Below, piece by piece: positions 19,285 to 27,832 of a DNA stretch of 64,000 nucleotides. The notes below the pieces were generated by a model. The model was given only the letters and a program-made list of their open reading frames with translations, was not told where the DNA came from and searched no databases. Every line of letters starts with the position of its first letter. Position 1 is the first letter of the stretch. The translations under genes and the position numbers were made by a program. This DNA is from an uncultured Chloroflexia bacterium (lineage in GTDB: Bacteria; Chloroflexota; Limnocylindria; Limnocylindrales; CSP1-4), in assembly GCA_963813535.1 (NCBI GenBank), contig CAWEZH010000002.1:1728001-1792000 (forward strand), in the 5' to 3' direction.

Positions 19285-20952
19285 GTGGCGACAACCGCGC
19301 TCCACCCGGCCGCCTCCACGTACCGCAGCACCCTGTACGAGTGGATCACGACCACCGATCACAAGAAGATCGGGATCATGTACCTGATCAACTCGTTCCT
19401 CTTCTTCTTCATCGGAGGGCTGCTGGCACTCGGCGTGCGCACAGAGCTCGCCCAGCCCGGTCTGCAATTCGTCTCCGACCAGACCTACAACGAGCTGTTC
19501 ACGATGCACGCCACGTTCATGATCTTCCTGTTCATCATCCCGATCCTGGCGGGCTTCGGGAACTACATCGTGCCGCTCCAGATCGGCGCGCCCGACGTCG
19601 CCTTCCCGCGCATCAACGCCCTGTCGCTGTGGATGCTGCCGATGGCCGGGATCCTGCTGCTGCTGAGCTTCTTCGTCGGCGGTGCGCCGGCAGCGGGCTG
19701 GACGAGCTACGCGCCACTCAGCGAGGACCGGCCACTCGGGGCGGTCGGCCCCGGCCAGGACCTGTGGCTCGTCGCGGTGGTCCTGATCGGGACCAGCTCG
19801 ATCCTCGGCGCCGTGAACTTCCTCGTGACGATCTTCAAGATGCGGGCGCCCGGCATGACCCTCTTCCGGATGCCGATCATGGTCTGGACCGTGCTGGTCA
19901 CGTCGGTGCTGGGACTGCTCGCCACGCCGGTCCTGACCAGTGCCCTGATCATGCTGTTCATCGACCGCAACTTCGGCGGCAGCTTCTTCGACCCGCGGAA
20001 CGGCGGCGACGCGATCCTGTACCAGAACACGTTCTGGTTCTACTCACACCCCGCCGTGTACATCATGGTCCTGCCCGCGATGGGCATGATCAGCGAGATC
20101 CTGCCGGTCTTCAGCCGCAAGCCGCTGTTCGGCTACAAGGCGTTCGTCTTCGCCACCGCCGCCATCGGCGCGCTGGGCTTCTCGGTCTGGGCACATCACA
20201 TGTTCACGACCGGGGCGGTCTACTTGCCGTTCTTCAGCCTCATGACGTTCCTCATCGCCGTGCCGACCGGCGTGAAGATGTTCAACTGGGTCTTCACGAT
20301 GTGGCGCGGGAAGCTGAGCCTGTCGACACCACTGCTGTTCGCGCTCGGCTTCCTGAGCATGTTCCTCATCGGCGGCATCAATGGCGCCTTCTCCGCCGCG
20401 GTCCCGGTCGACTTCGCCCTGCACGACACGTACTGGGTCGTGGCCCATCTCCACTACGTCCTGTTCGGCGGATCGGTGTTCGGCGTGATGGCCGGCCTCT
20501 ACTACTGGTTCCCCAAGATGACCGGCCGGATGCTCGGCGAGGGTCTCGGCAAGGTCCAGTTCGTGCTGATGTTCATCGGCTTCAACCTGACGTTCTTCCC
20601 GATGCATCAGCTCGGCCTGGCCGGCATGCCGAGGCGGATCGCGGACTACTCGTCGACCGCGGGCTGGAACGATCTCAACCTCGCGGCGACGGTGGGCGGC
20701 TTCCTGATCGCGACCAGCATGCTGCCGCTGCTCTGGAACATCTTCGTCTCCCTCCGCAGCGGCAAGCCGGCCGGCGACGATCCGTGGGAGGGCAACACCC
20801 TCGAATGGGGGACGAGCTCACCACCACCGTCCTACAACTTCGACCACCTGCCGGACATCCGGTCGGAGCGGCCGATCTTCGACATGCGGCACGGTCACGC
20901 CGCGCCCGCCGCGACGACCCCGCTGCCCCAGTCGGCCTCGGGGAGCGATTGA
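19285..20952 (+). CDS. coxA: Cytochrome c oxidase subunit I, A2-type
   Basis: TDHKKIG, FTMHAT, WFYSHPAVY (YS motif), WAHHMF, PTGVK, VAHLHYV and GMPRR. Confidence 0.97.
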   Translation: MATTALHPAASTYRSTLYEWITTTDHKKIGIMYLINSFLFFFIGGLLALGVRTELAQPGLQFVSDQTYNELFTMHATFMIFLFIIPILAGFGNYIVPLQIGAPDVAFPRINALSLWMLPMAGILLLLSFFVGGAPAAGWTSYAPLSEDRPLGAVGPGQDLWLVAVVLIGTSSILGAVNFLVTIFKMRAPGMTLFRMPIMVWTVLVTSVLGLLATPVLTSALIMLFIDRNFGGSFFDPRNGGDAILYQNTFWFYSHPAVYIMVLPAMGMISEILPVFSRKPLFGYKAFVFATAAIGALGFSVWAHHMFTTGAVYLPFFSLMTFLIAVPTGVKMFNWVFTMWRGKLSLSTPLLFALGFLSMFLIGGINGAFSAAVPVDFALHDTYWVVAHLHYVLFGGSVFGVMAGLYYWFPKMTGRMLGEGLGKVQFVLMFIGFNLTFFPMHQLGLAGMPRRIADYSSTAGWNDLNLAATVGGFLIATSMLPLLWNIFVSLRSGKPAGDDPWEGNTLEWGTSSPPPSYNFDHLPDIRSERPIFDMRHGHAAPAATTPLPQSASGSD

Positions 20953-20956
20953 CGCG

Positions 20957-21613
20957 ATGAGCACCGACAGCCACGCCCTGACGACGCAGGAGCACAGCCC
21001 GGTCGCGGGTCTGGCGCACGACTCCCGCGGCGGCATCAGCAATGTCGTCCTGGGGATGCTGCTGTTCATCACCTCGGAGGTGATGTTCTTCGCCGGGCTG
21101 TTCGCCGCGTATTTCAACGTCCGCGCGAATGCTCCGTCGTGGCCGCCGATCAACGCCGAGACCGGCGAGCCGTTCCACCTCGAGATCCTGCCGCTCGTCG
21201 GTCCCGCGACGGTCCTGCTGATCCTGTCGTCGTTCACCTGTCAGTTCGCCGTCTGGGCGATCCGGCGCGACGACCGGACGGCGTTCCTGCGCAACATCGG
21301 CGTCACGTTCGTCATCGGCGTCGTCTTCCTGCTCATGCAGGGCACCGACTACATCCTGCTCGCCAACGAGGGCATCACGATGTCGGCGGGCACGTTCGGC
21401 ACGACGTACTTCACGCTGACCGGCTTCCACGGGGCGCACGTCTTCGGAGGGGCGATCATGCTCGCGGTCGTGCTCTATCGCGGCCTCGCCGGCCAGTTCT
21501 CGTCGCGCCACCATGACGCGGTCGAGGCGGTGTCGTTGTACTGGCACTTCGTCGACGTCGTGTGGATCCTGCTCTTCTCGTTGCTCTACCTGCTGCCCGG
21601 GACGGCGGGCTAG
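20957..21613 (+). CDS. coxC: Cytochrome c oxidase subunit III
   Basis: LFITSEVMFFAGLF, LTGFHGAHV and LYWHFVDVVW. Confidence 0.95.
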   Translation: MSTDSHALTTQEHSPVAGLAHDSRGGISNVVLGMLLFITSEVMFFAGLFAAYFNVRANAPSWPPINAETGEPFHLEILPLVGPATVLLILSSFTCQFAVWAIRRDDRTAFLRNIGVTFVIGVVFLLMQGTDYILLANEGITMSAGTFGTTYFTLTGFHGAHVFGGAIMLAVVLYRGLAGQFSSRHHDAVEAVSLYWHFVDVVWILLFSLLYLLPGTAG

Positions 21614-21617
21614 CCGT

Positions 21618-21812
21618 ATGCATCCCCTCCGCCACCCCCGCAACGCGATCGTCGTCGGCCTGTTCTTCGCCGGCGCCGGAGCCGTGTACTGGGGCGTCCA
21701 GGCTTTCGCTGGGTGGCCGGTCGACTACGCGGGGGTGACGATGCTGTTCCTGCTCGGCGTGGCCACCAGCATCCTCGCGTACGTGCTGATCGCCGGCTCC
21801 CCGAACGACTGA
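21618..21812 (+). CDS. Small two-TM protein, probable oxidase accessory subunit
   Basis: MHPLRHPRNAIVVGLFF...VDYAGVTMLFLLG, 64 aa, embedded in the cox operon. Confidence 0.65.
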   Translation: MHPLRHPRNAIVVGLFFAGAGAVYWGVQAFAGWPVDYAGVTMLFLLGVATSILAYVLIAGSPND

Positions 21813-21821
21813 CCCGGTTCC

Positions 21822-22901
21822 ATGTTCGAGGACTTCTGGAACGGGATCCTGGAGCTGACGAGCAAGTTCGTCATCCCGGATTGGGGCAGCGTGGTCGCGA
21901 TGCTCCCGGTCCTGATCTTCGTGTTGGCCGTGCTCGTCACTGCGGTGTTGTTCTGGAGGCTGTGGCGCCAACCGAAGCGCGTCCCGGGCAGGGGCCGCGT
22001 GGAACCGCAGCCACCGGCTGGCGTGCACATGCCGGGTCCGTCGCTGGCACCGCCCCTCGCGGCGATCGGCGCGTTCCTGCTCTTCCTCGGGATCGTCTTC
22101 GGCGGGCCGCTCCTGATCATCGGCGCGATCGGGTTGTCGGTAACGCTGCTGTACTGGTTGGCCGAATTGGTCCGCCTGTACGAGCACGACATCGGTTCGA
22201 CCGTGCCGGAACTCCCTGCCGCGGTGCACGACGGCCCGCCCCCGGGTGTCCACATGCCGGGTCCGTCGTTCCTGCCGTTCCTCGCCGCGTTCGGGATGGC
22301 CATGCTGATGCTCGGCCTCGTGTTCGGGGAGTGGCTGCTGGCGGTCGGCGTCATCGGACTGGTCATGAGCCTGCTCGGGTGGATGACCGCGGCGCGACGC
22401 GAATACGTCCAGACCGTGGAAGCGGACGCGACGGGTCACCTCGAGCCGCTGCCCGACCCGCGACCCCCCAAGCTGTTGCTCACCGGGCTCACGCTCCTGC
22501 TCGTCGCGGGAGCCGTCATCCAGGCCGGTTGGATCCCTCCTCGCGCCGCCGGTGGCGAGTCGGGGCCGGGAGCATCACCCGGGGCGTCCGGAGCGCCCGG
22601 TCAGCCGAGCGGCGGACCGCCCGCCGGCGGACCCGTCGTCCATGCCAAGGACGTCCAGTTCGTCGACAAGACCTTCATCGCTCCGGCCGAGAAGCCATTC
22701 GAGCTCGAGTTCGTGAACGAGGACGACAGCATCCCGCACAACATCGAGATCAAGGACGAGGCGGGTGCGAGCGTGTTCAAGGGCGAGGTCATCACGGGCG
22801 TGGCAACGACCGCGTACAAGGTCCCTGCTCTCGCGGCTGGGACGTATCCGTATATCTGCACCGTGCACCCGACGATGACCGGGTCGGCGACCGTCGAGTA
22901 G
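21822..22901 (+). CDS. Multi-TM protein with two subunit-IV-like repeats and C-terminal cupredoxin
   Basis: Two PPxGVHMPGPSxxP-TM-TM repeats, then PHNIEI...CTVHPTM. Confidence 0.8.
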   Translation: MFEDFWNGILELTSKFVIPDWGSVVAMLPVLIFVLAVLVTAVLFWRLWRQPKRVPGRGRVEPQPPAGVHMPGPSLAPPLAAIGAFLLFLGIVFGGPLLIIGAIGLSVTLLYWLAELVRLYEHDIGSTVPELPAAVHDGPPPGVHMPGPSFLPFLAAFGMAMLMLGLVFGEWLLAVGVIGLVMSLLGWMTAARREYVQTVEADATGHLEPLPDPRPPKLLLTGLTLLLVAGAVIQAGWIPPRAAGGESGPGASPGASGAPGQPSGGPPAGGPVVHAKDVQFVDKTFIAPAEKPFELEFVNEDDSIPHNIEIKDEAGASVFKGEVITGVATTAYKVPALAAGTYPYICTVHPTMTGSATVE

Positions 22902-22929
22902 CGGTCGAGAAGCGCCAGCCACGGGTCAC

Positions 22930-23448
22930 ATCACGCAGCGTCGCCTGATCCTCGTCGCCCTCGCCATCGCGGCCATCACGACGGCGGGCGTCTGGTGGTT
23001 CGTGAACGGCACCTCGTCGGATGGCCGGGCCGCCATCGGTGAGCCGGCCCCATCGATCACCGGAACCACCCTGGAAGGGACCGCGTTCGACCTGGCGAGC
23101 CTTCGAGGTCGACCGGTCGTCGTCAACTTCTGGGGTCCTTCGTGCGTGCCCTGTCGCGAGGAGTTCCCCCAGTTCCTCCGCGAACTCGACGCGCATCGTG
23201 CGGACGGGCTGGCCGTCGTCGGCGTCCTGACCGACGATCCGGTCGAGCCGGCTCGCCAGTTCGCCACCGAATACGGCGCAACCTGGCCGACGGTCGTCGA
23301 CCCCGGCGAGTCCCTCAAGCGCGCCTACCGGGTGGTGGCCCGCCCGCACACCTGGTTCGTCGACCGCGCCGGCATCATCCGGTCGATGCAGATCGGCGGC
23401 CCGATGACCGACGCGGAGTTCCAGCGCCACTACGACCGGATCCGCTGA
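22930..23448 (+). CDS. Membrane-anchored TlpA/ResA-like thiol-disulfide oxidoreductase (start uncertain)
   Basis: APSITGTTLEG, VVVNFWGPSCVPCREEFP and PHTWFVDRAG. An in-frame TM segment lies upstream of the first GTG (23002). Confidence 0.85.
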   Translation: MTQRRLILVALAIAAITTAGVWWFVNGTSSDGRAAIGEPAPSITGTTLEGTAFDLASLRGRPVVVNFWGPSCVPCREEFPQFLRELDAHRADGLAVVGVLTDDPVEPARQFATEYGATWPTVVDPGESLKRAYRVVARPHTWFVDRAGIIRSMQIGGPMTDAEFQRHYDRIR

Positions 23449-23449
23449 C

Positions 23450-24403
23450 GTGGCCGGTCCGGGCGCCGGCGAGCCCGCGATCGCGGTCGACCGACTGACG
23501 ATGCGATACGGCGAGCGGACCGTCATCGACGGCGTCTCCATCGAGGTCCGGGCGGGCGAGATCATCGCACTGCTCGGACCGAACGGCGCCGGCAAGACGA
23601 CGACCGTCGAGATCCTCGAGGGGTATCGCCGGGCCGACGAGGGTGCCGTGCGGGTGCTGGACAGCGACCCCTGGCGGGCGACGCGGGCGCATCGGGCGAG
23701 GGTCGGGCTGATGCTCCAGGCAGGCGGCTTCGACATGCGTGCACGCCCGCTGGAGACGGTCCGCGAATTCGCCGCGTACCACGCCGATCCGCTCGATCCC
23801 GACAGCCTCATCGACGATCTCGGCCTGCGCGAGGTCGCCACCACGCCCTACCGACGGCTGTCCGGCGGTGAGCGTCAGCGGCTCGCGTTCGCGGTAGCCC
23901 TGGTCGGGCGACCCGACGTCCTGATCCTCGACGAGCCCACGGCCGGGATGGATCCGGTGCTGCGCGCGACGGTGCGAGACCGGATCGCTCGAGCACGCGG
24001 CGATGGGACGGCTGTGCTGTTGACCTCGCACGAACTTGCCGAGGTTGAGCGTCTGGCAGACCGGATCGCGGTGCTGGTCAGCGGGCGGATCGTCGCAAGC
24101 GGCACGCCCGGCGAGCTGGCTGCGGGTCTGCGGCCCAGGCTGCGGTTCGGCCTCGACCGGCCGCTCGGCGCCGCCGACATGGAGGGCCTCGGTCGCGCGT
24201 TGGGCGCCGTCGTCGTGGGATCCGGCGAGGCGACTGGCTACGAGACGGCCGCGGCGCCCACGCCCGCGGTGCTGACCGCGCTGGCGACATGGTGCGAGCG
24301 AGAGGGACGCCTCATCACGTGGTCCCGGACGGTCGGCGGCACGCTGGAGGATGCTTACCTGGACCTCGTCGCCGCCACGCCCGACCCAGGGGACAGGGCA
24401 TGA
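23450..24403 (+). CDS. ABC exporter ATP-binding protein
   Basis: GPNGAGKTT, LSGGERQR, ILDEPTAGMD and TLEDAYL. Confidence 0.92.
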   Translation: MAGPGAGEPAIAVDRLTMRYGERTVIDGVSIEVRAGEIIALLGPNGAGKTTTVEILEGYRRADEGAVRVLDSDPWRATRAHRARVGLMLQAGGFDMRARPLETVREFAAYHADPLDPDSLIDDLGLREVATTPYRRLSGGERQRLAFAVALVGRPDVLILDEPTAGMDPVLRATVRDRIARARGDGTAVLLTSHELAEVERLADRIAVLVSGRIVASGTPGELAAGLRPRLRFGLDRPLGAADMEGLGRALGAVVVGSGEATGYETAAAPTPAVLTALATWCEREGRLITWSRTVGGTLEDAYLDLVAATPDPGDRA

Positions 24404-25140
24404 GCCTCGCCGCGTCGTTCGGCCGCGTGGTGGCGACGCGCGCCGCATCCGAGACTCGGCTGACGCTTCGACGTGGAGAGAATCTCCTCGCGATGGTCGG
24501 CCTGCCGGCCGCCGCGCTCGCGTTCTTCGCGACGATCGGCTCGGGCGGAGGCTCGCAGAGCATCGAGACGCTGCTGCCCGGCGTCCTCGCCCTCGCGCTC
24601 GTCGCCAGCGGGCTCGTCAACCTCGGGATCGCGACGGCGTTCGAACGCGGATATGGCGTGCTGAAGCGGCTCGGCGGGTCGCCACTCGGCCGCGACGGGC
24701 TGATCACGGCGAAGCTGGCAGTGGTCGGCGTCATCGCGCTCGTACAGGTCGCCGTGCTGATCATCCTGGCGATCGTCCTGGGCTGGCAACCCGGTCCGCA
24801 GGTGTCGGTGGTGGCAGTCGGTGCGACCGTCGTGATCGGGAGCGCGGCGTTCGCCGCCATCGGGCTGCTCCTGGCGGGGACCCTGCGTCCCGAGGCCACC
24901 CTGGTCGTGGCCAACACCCTCTTCCTCGTCGCGCTGTTGCTCGGCGGCGTGCTGGTTCCTATCAGCGAATTGCCTGAGCCCCTCGCGACCATCGCGCTGA
25001 TCTCGCCGGTCGGAGCGCTGGCGGAGGCATTCCGCGTGGCGCTCGGGGATGGAGCCGGGTCGCTGGATGATCTGGCGGTCGTCGCGGCCTGGGGCGCGAT
25101 CGGGTTGCTCGGCGCGATCCGCACCTTCCGCTGGGAGTGA
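24400..25140 (+). CDS. ABC-2 type permease
   Basis: RRGENLL, GIATAFERGYGVLKRLGGSPL, six TM segments and the ending FRWE. Confidence 0.9.
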   Translation: MSLAASFGRVVATRAASETRLTLRRGENLLAMVGLPAAALAFFATIGSGGGSQSIETLLPGVLALALVASGLVNLGIATAFERGYGVLKRLGGSPLGRDGLITAKLAVVGVIALVQVAVLIILAIVLGWQPGPQVSVVAVGATVVIGSAAFAAIGLLLAGTLRPEATLVVANTLFLVALLLGGVLVPISELPEPLATIALISPVGALAEAFRVALGDGAGSLDDLAVVAAWGAIGLLGAIRTFRWE

Positions 25141-25222
25141 GGCCAAGGATCAGACGCCATGTCGGGCAGACCGCCTGGTCCCAGACAGCGATCCCGCCTG
25201 GCAGCGCGTCGCCCCATGACCT

Positions 25223-25250
25223 GAACCTTTGGCAGGACACCGACGCCATA
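25223..25250 (+). promoter_or_regulatory. Candidate ECF-dependent promoter, copy 1
   Basis: GAAC-N15-GACGCCATA, conserved with identical spacing upstream of the paralogue. Confidence 0.6.
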
Positions 25251-25296
25251 CCCTGAGGAGCACGACCACCATGGGCGTGCCGCATCAGAGGCGACC

Positions 25297-25860
25297 GTGG
25301 ACCAGCGAGGACTCGTGGAACGAGCGAGGCGGGGCGAGCATGACGCCTTCACCTCGCTCATCGACGTGCACCTCGCGCGGCTGGACGCGGCCGCCCGCCT
25401 GATCCTCCGGGACTCGGAGCTCGCGCGCGACGCAGTCCAGGAGGCACTCATCCGAGCGTGGCGCGATCTGCCGGGTCTCCGCGATCCGGACCGCTTCGAC
25501 GCCTGGCTCCACCGACTTCTCGTCAACGCGTGTCTCGACCTCGTCCGACGCGGCAAGCGCCGGGTGATCGAAGTCGAGCTCTCTCCGATCGATGCCCCGT
25601 CCACCCGCGACTTTGCGAGTGGCCTCGCCGATCGCGAGCTCCTGGATCAGGCTCTCGCGGACCTAGCGCCCGGGCATCGCGCGGTCGTCGCTCTCCATTA
25701 CCTGCTAGGGATGCCGCTACCAGAGGTCGCGGCCGTCCTGCGCATCCCGCCCGGGACCGCCAAGTCACGGCTGCACTACGCGCTCGCCGCGATGCGCCTC
25801 ACCGTGACCGCGGAATCCGAGCCCGCCCCGGTCGCTGTCGCAGGAGGGCATCTGGCATGA
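25297..25860 (+). CDS. ECF sigma-70 family factor, copy 1
   Basis: ARDAVQEALIRAW, FDAWLHRLLVNAC and region 4 GTAKSRLHYAL. Confidence 0.93.
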   Translation: MDQRGLVERARRGEHDAFTSLIDVHLARLDAAARLILRDSELARDAVQEALIRAWRDLPGLRDPDRFDAWLHRLLVNACLDLVRRGKRRVIEVELSPIDAPSTRDFASGLADRELLDQALADLAPGHRAVVALHYLLGMPLPEVAAVLRIPPGTAKSRLHYALAAMRLTVTAESEPAPVAVAGGHLA

Positions 25861-27170
25861 CCTCGCCGCGACGCTTCGAACACGACCTGCCGGTGCTGCT
25901 TGCCGACATGTACGTCGCCGGGACACCCGACTACCGAGATGACCTCGTCGAGCAGGTCGCCCGCGTGCGGCAGCGACCCGCCTGGACCTTCCCCGAAAGG
26001 TGGCCCCCGATGGATCTCGCGATCAAGGCACTGCCTGGCGCACCCCGCGTCCAATGGAGGATCGTCGGTGTCGTGGCGCTCCTTGCAGCCCTGCTCGTCG
26101 GCATGCTCGCGTTCTATGCGGGCTCCCAGCGACCGCTGCCAGCGCCGTTCGGGCGGGCGGCGAACGGGTCGATCGTCTTCGTCGAAGGCGGCGACATCCA
26201 CGCGGCCGATCCCGTGACGGGTGCGACGACCGGCATCGTCGTCGGCCCGGAGACCGACGTTCAACCCGTCTACTCGCTGGACGGCACTCGCGTCGTCTTC
26301 GAGCGCAAGGTCGAGGGCGATGGCGGCGTCCGGCCCGGAATGCTGTTCGTGGCCGGGGACGATGGACGTGGGCTCGTCCAGGTCACGCCCGAGCCGCTCG
26401 CCGGCCTCGGCTCCTGGAGCTTCTCGCCCGACGGCCGCTCGATTGTCGCGTTGGCCACTCGCCGAACGGGACCCACGATCATGGTCGTGGCAAGCGACGG
26501 CAGCAGCCCGCCGCAGTTCTTCGATGTCGGGCCAACGTTGAATGACGAAGCACCGCAATACCGCCCGGACGGCTCCGAGATCATGTTCCAGGGGATCGAG
26601 CCCGGAGCGCGCACTCGCGGCCTGTACGCGCTCGACACCGCAACCGGTGATGTGCGGACGATCATCGCCCCTTCGGACACGGCTGACGTCAGCAACGCGG
26701 CGTGGTCCCCCGACGGGACGCGCATCGCGTATGCCGTCTTCGATCCCAACGACGACAGGGTGTCGTTGCGGACCCACGTCGTGTCAGCGGACGGCACCGG
26801 CGACATCCTGGTCGACGCTCACCCGGACAGCTTCGCGGACGGCGGTGGCGGCGGCTGGTCGAACGACGGAACCCGTTTGATCATCAATCGGTGGTACGTC
26901 GGCGCAGACGGCGACATCATCCGGTCTGCCATCGTTCCGGCCGATGGCAGTAACGTCGGCATCGACATCGAATGCGCCTCGTTCGCTTCGCCAGACGCTT
27001 GCAATGCCGACTGGATCTGGTCACCCGACGACTCGGTCCTCCTCGGCACCACGTGGGACGCAGGCGGCCGGCCGCTCCCGCATTTCCTGGCCGACCCAGT
27101 GACCGGCAAGGTCCGGCCCGCTCCCTGGACGGCGACCGGCATTTCCACTTGGCAGCGTCGAGCCCTGTGA
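25857..27170 (+). CDS. Putative single-pass anti-sigma/sensor with TolB-like (PD40) propeller, copy 1
   Basis: ATGA-coupled to the sigma gene. Short N-terminal domain (PDY...RQRPAW...ERW), one TM, and SPDG/SNDG repeats. Confidence 0.8.
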   Translation: MTSPRRFEHDLPVLLADMYVAGTPDYRDDLVEQVARVRQRPAWTFPERWPPMDLAIKALPGAPRVQWRIVGVVALLAALLVGMLAFYAGSQRPLPAPFGRAANGSIVFVEGGDIHAADPVTGATTGIVVGPETDVQPVYSLDGTRVVFERKVEGDGGVRPGMLFVAGDDGRGLVQVTPEPLAGLGSWSFSPDGRSIVALATRRTGPTIMVVASDGSSPPQFFDVGPTLNDEAPQYRPDGSEIMFQGIEPGARTRGLYALDTATGDVRTIIAPSDTADVSNAAWSPDGTRIAYAVFDPNDDRVSLRTHVVSADGTGDILVDAHPDSFADGGGGGWSNDGTRLIINRWYVGADGDIIRSAIVPADGSNVGIDIECASFASPDACNADWIWSPDDSVLLGTTWDAGGRPLPHFLADPVTGKVRPAPWTATGISTWQRRAL

Positions 27171-27192
27171 CCCACTGACCCATCGATGCCGG

Positions 27193-27220
27193 GAACGATT
27201 CCGGCATCGACGACGCCCTA
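27193..27220 (+). promoter_or_regulatory. Candidate ECF-dependent promoter, copy 2
   Basis: GAAC-N15-GACGCCCTA. The -35 lies in the loop of the tcgatgccgg...ccggcatcga inverted repeat. Confidence 0.6.
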
Positions 27221-27268
27221 GGATGTCGAGCACGGCCACCTCGGTCGTGCCGACATCCTGAGGCGACC

Positions 27269-27832
27269 GTGGACCAGCGAAGTCTCGTCGAGCGAGCGCA
27301 GCGGGGCGATCATGACGCCTTTGCCACACTCGCCGGCGCGGCCGTCGCGCGCCTGGACGCGGCCGCACGCCTGATCCTCCGGGATACCGACCTTGCACGG
27401 GACGCTGTCCAGGAGGCTCTCGTCCGGAGCTGGCGCGACCTCCCCACGTTGCGCGACGTGGACCGGTTCGACGCCTGGCTCCATCGACTGCTCGTCAATG
27501 CCTGCCTCGACCTGATCCGGCGCCGCAAGCGCCGTGCGATCGAAGTGGAGCTGACTCCGCTCCAAGTCCCGTCGACCGCCGATTTCAGCGGTGGCGTCGT
27601 GGATCGCGACCTGCTCGATCGCGCGCTCCGGACCCTCGAGCCCGGCTGGCGCGCGGTCGTCGTCCTGCATTACTTCCTCGGCATGCCACTGCCGGACGTA
27701 GCGTCCTGCATGGGCATCCCGCTCGGTACCGCGAAATCCCGGCTGCACCGCGCGCTCGGCGTGCTCCGCGCAACCGTTGCGAACGATGACGCCGTGGATC
27801 AGGTCGCTGTGCCGGAAGGGCGGTTCGCATGA
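27269..27832 (+). CDS. ECF sigma-70 family factor, copy 2
   Basis: 187 aa, collinear with and highly similar to 25297..25860. Confidence 0.93.
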   Translation: MDQRSLVERAQRGDHDAFATLAGAAVARLDAAARLILRDTDLARDAVQEALVRSWRDLPTLRDVDRFDAWLHRLLVNACLDLIRRRKRRAIEVELTPLQVPSTADFSGGVVDRDLLDRALRTLEPGWRAVVVLHYFLGMPLPDVASCMGIPLGTAKSRLHRALGVLRATVANDDAVDQVAVPEGRFA

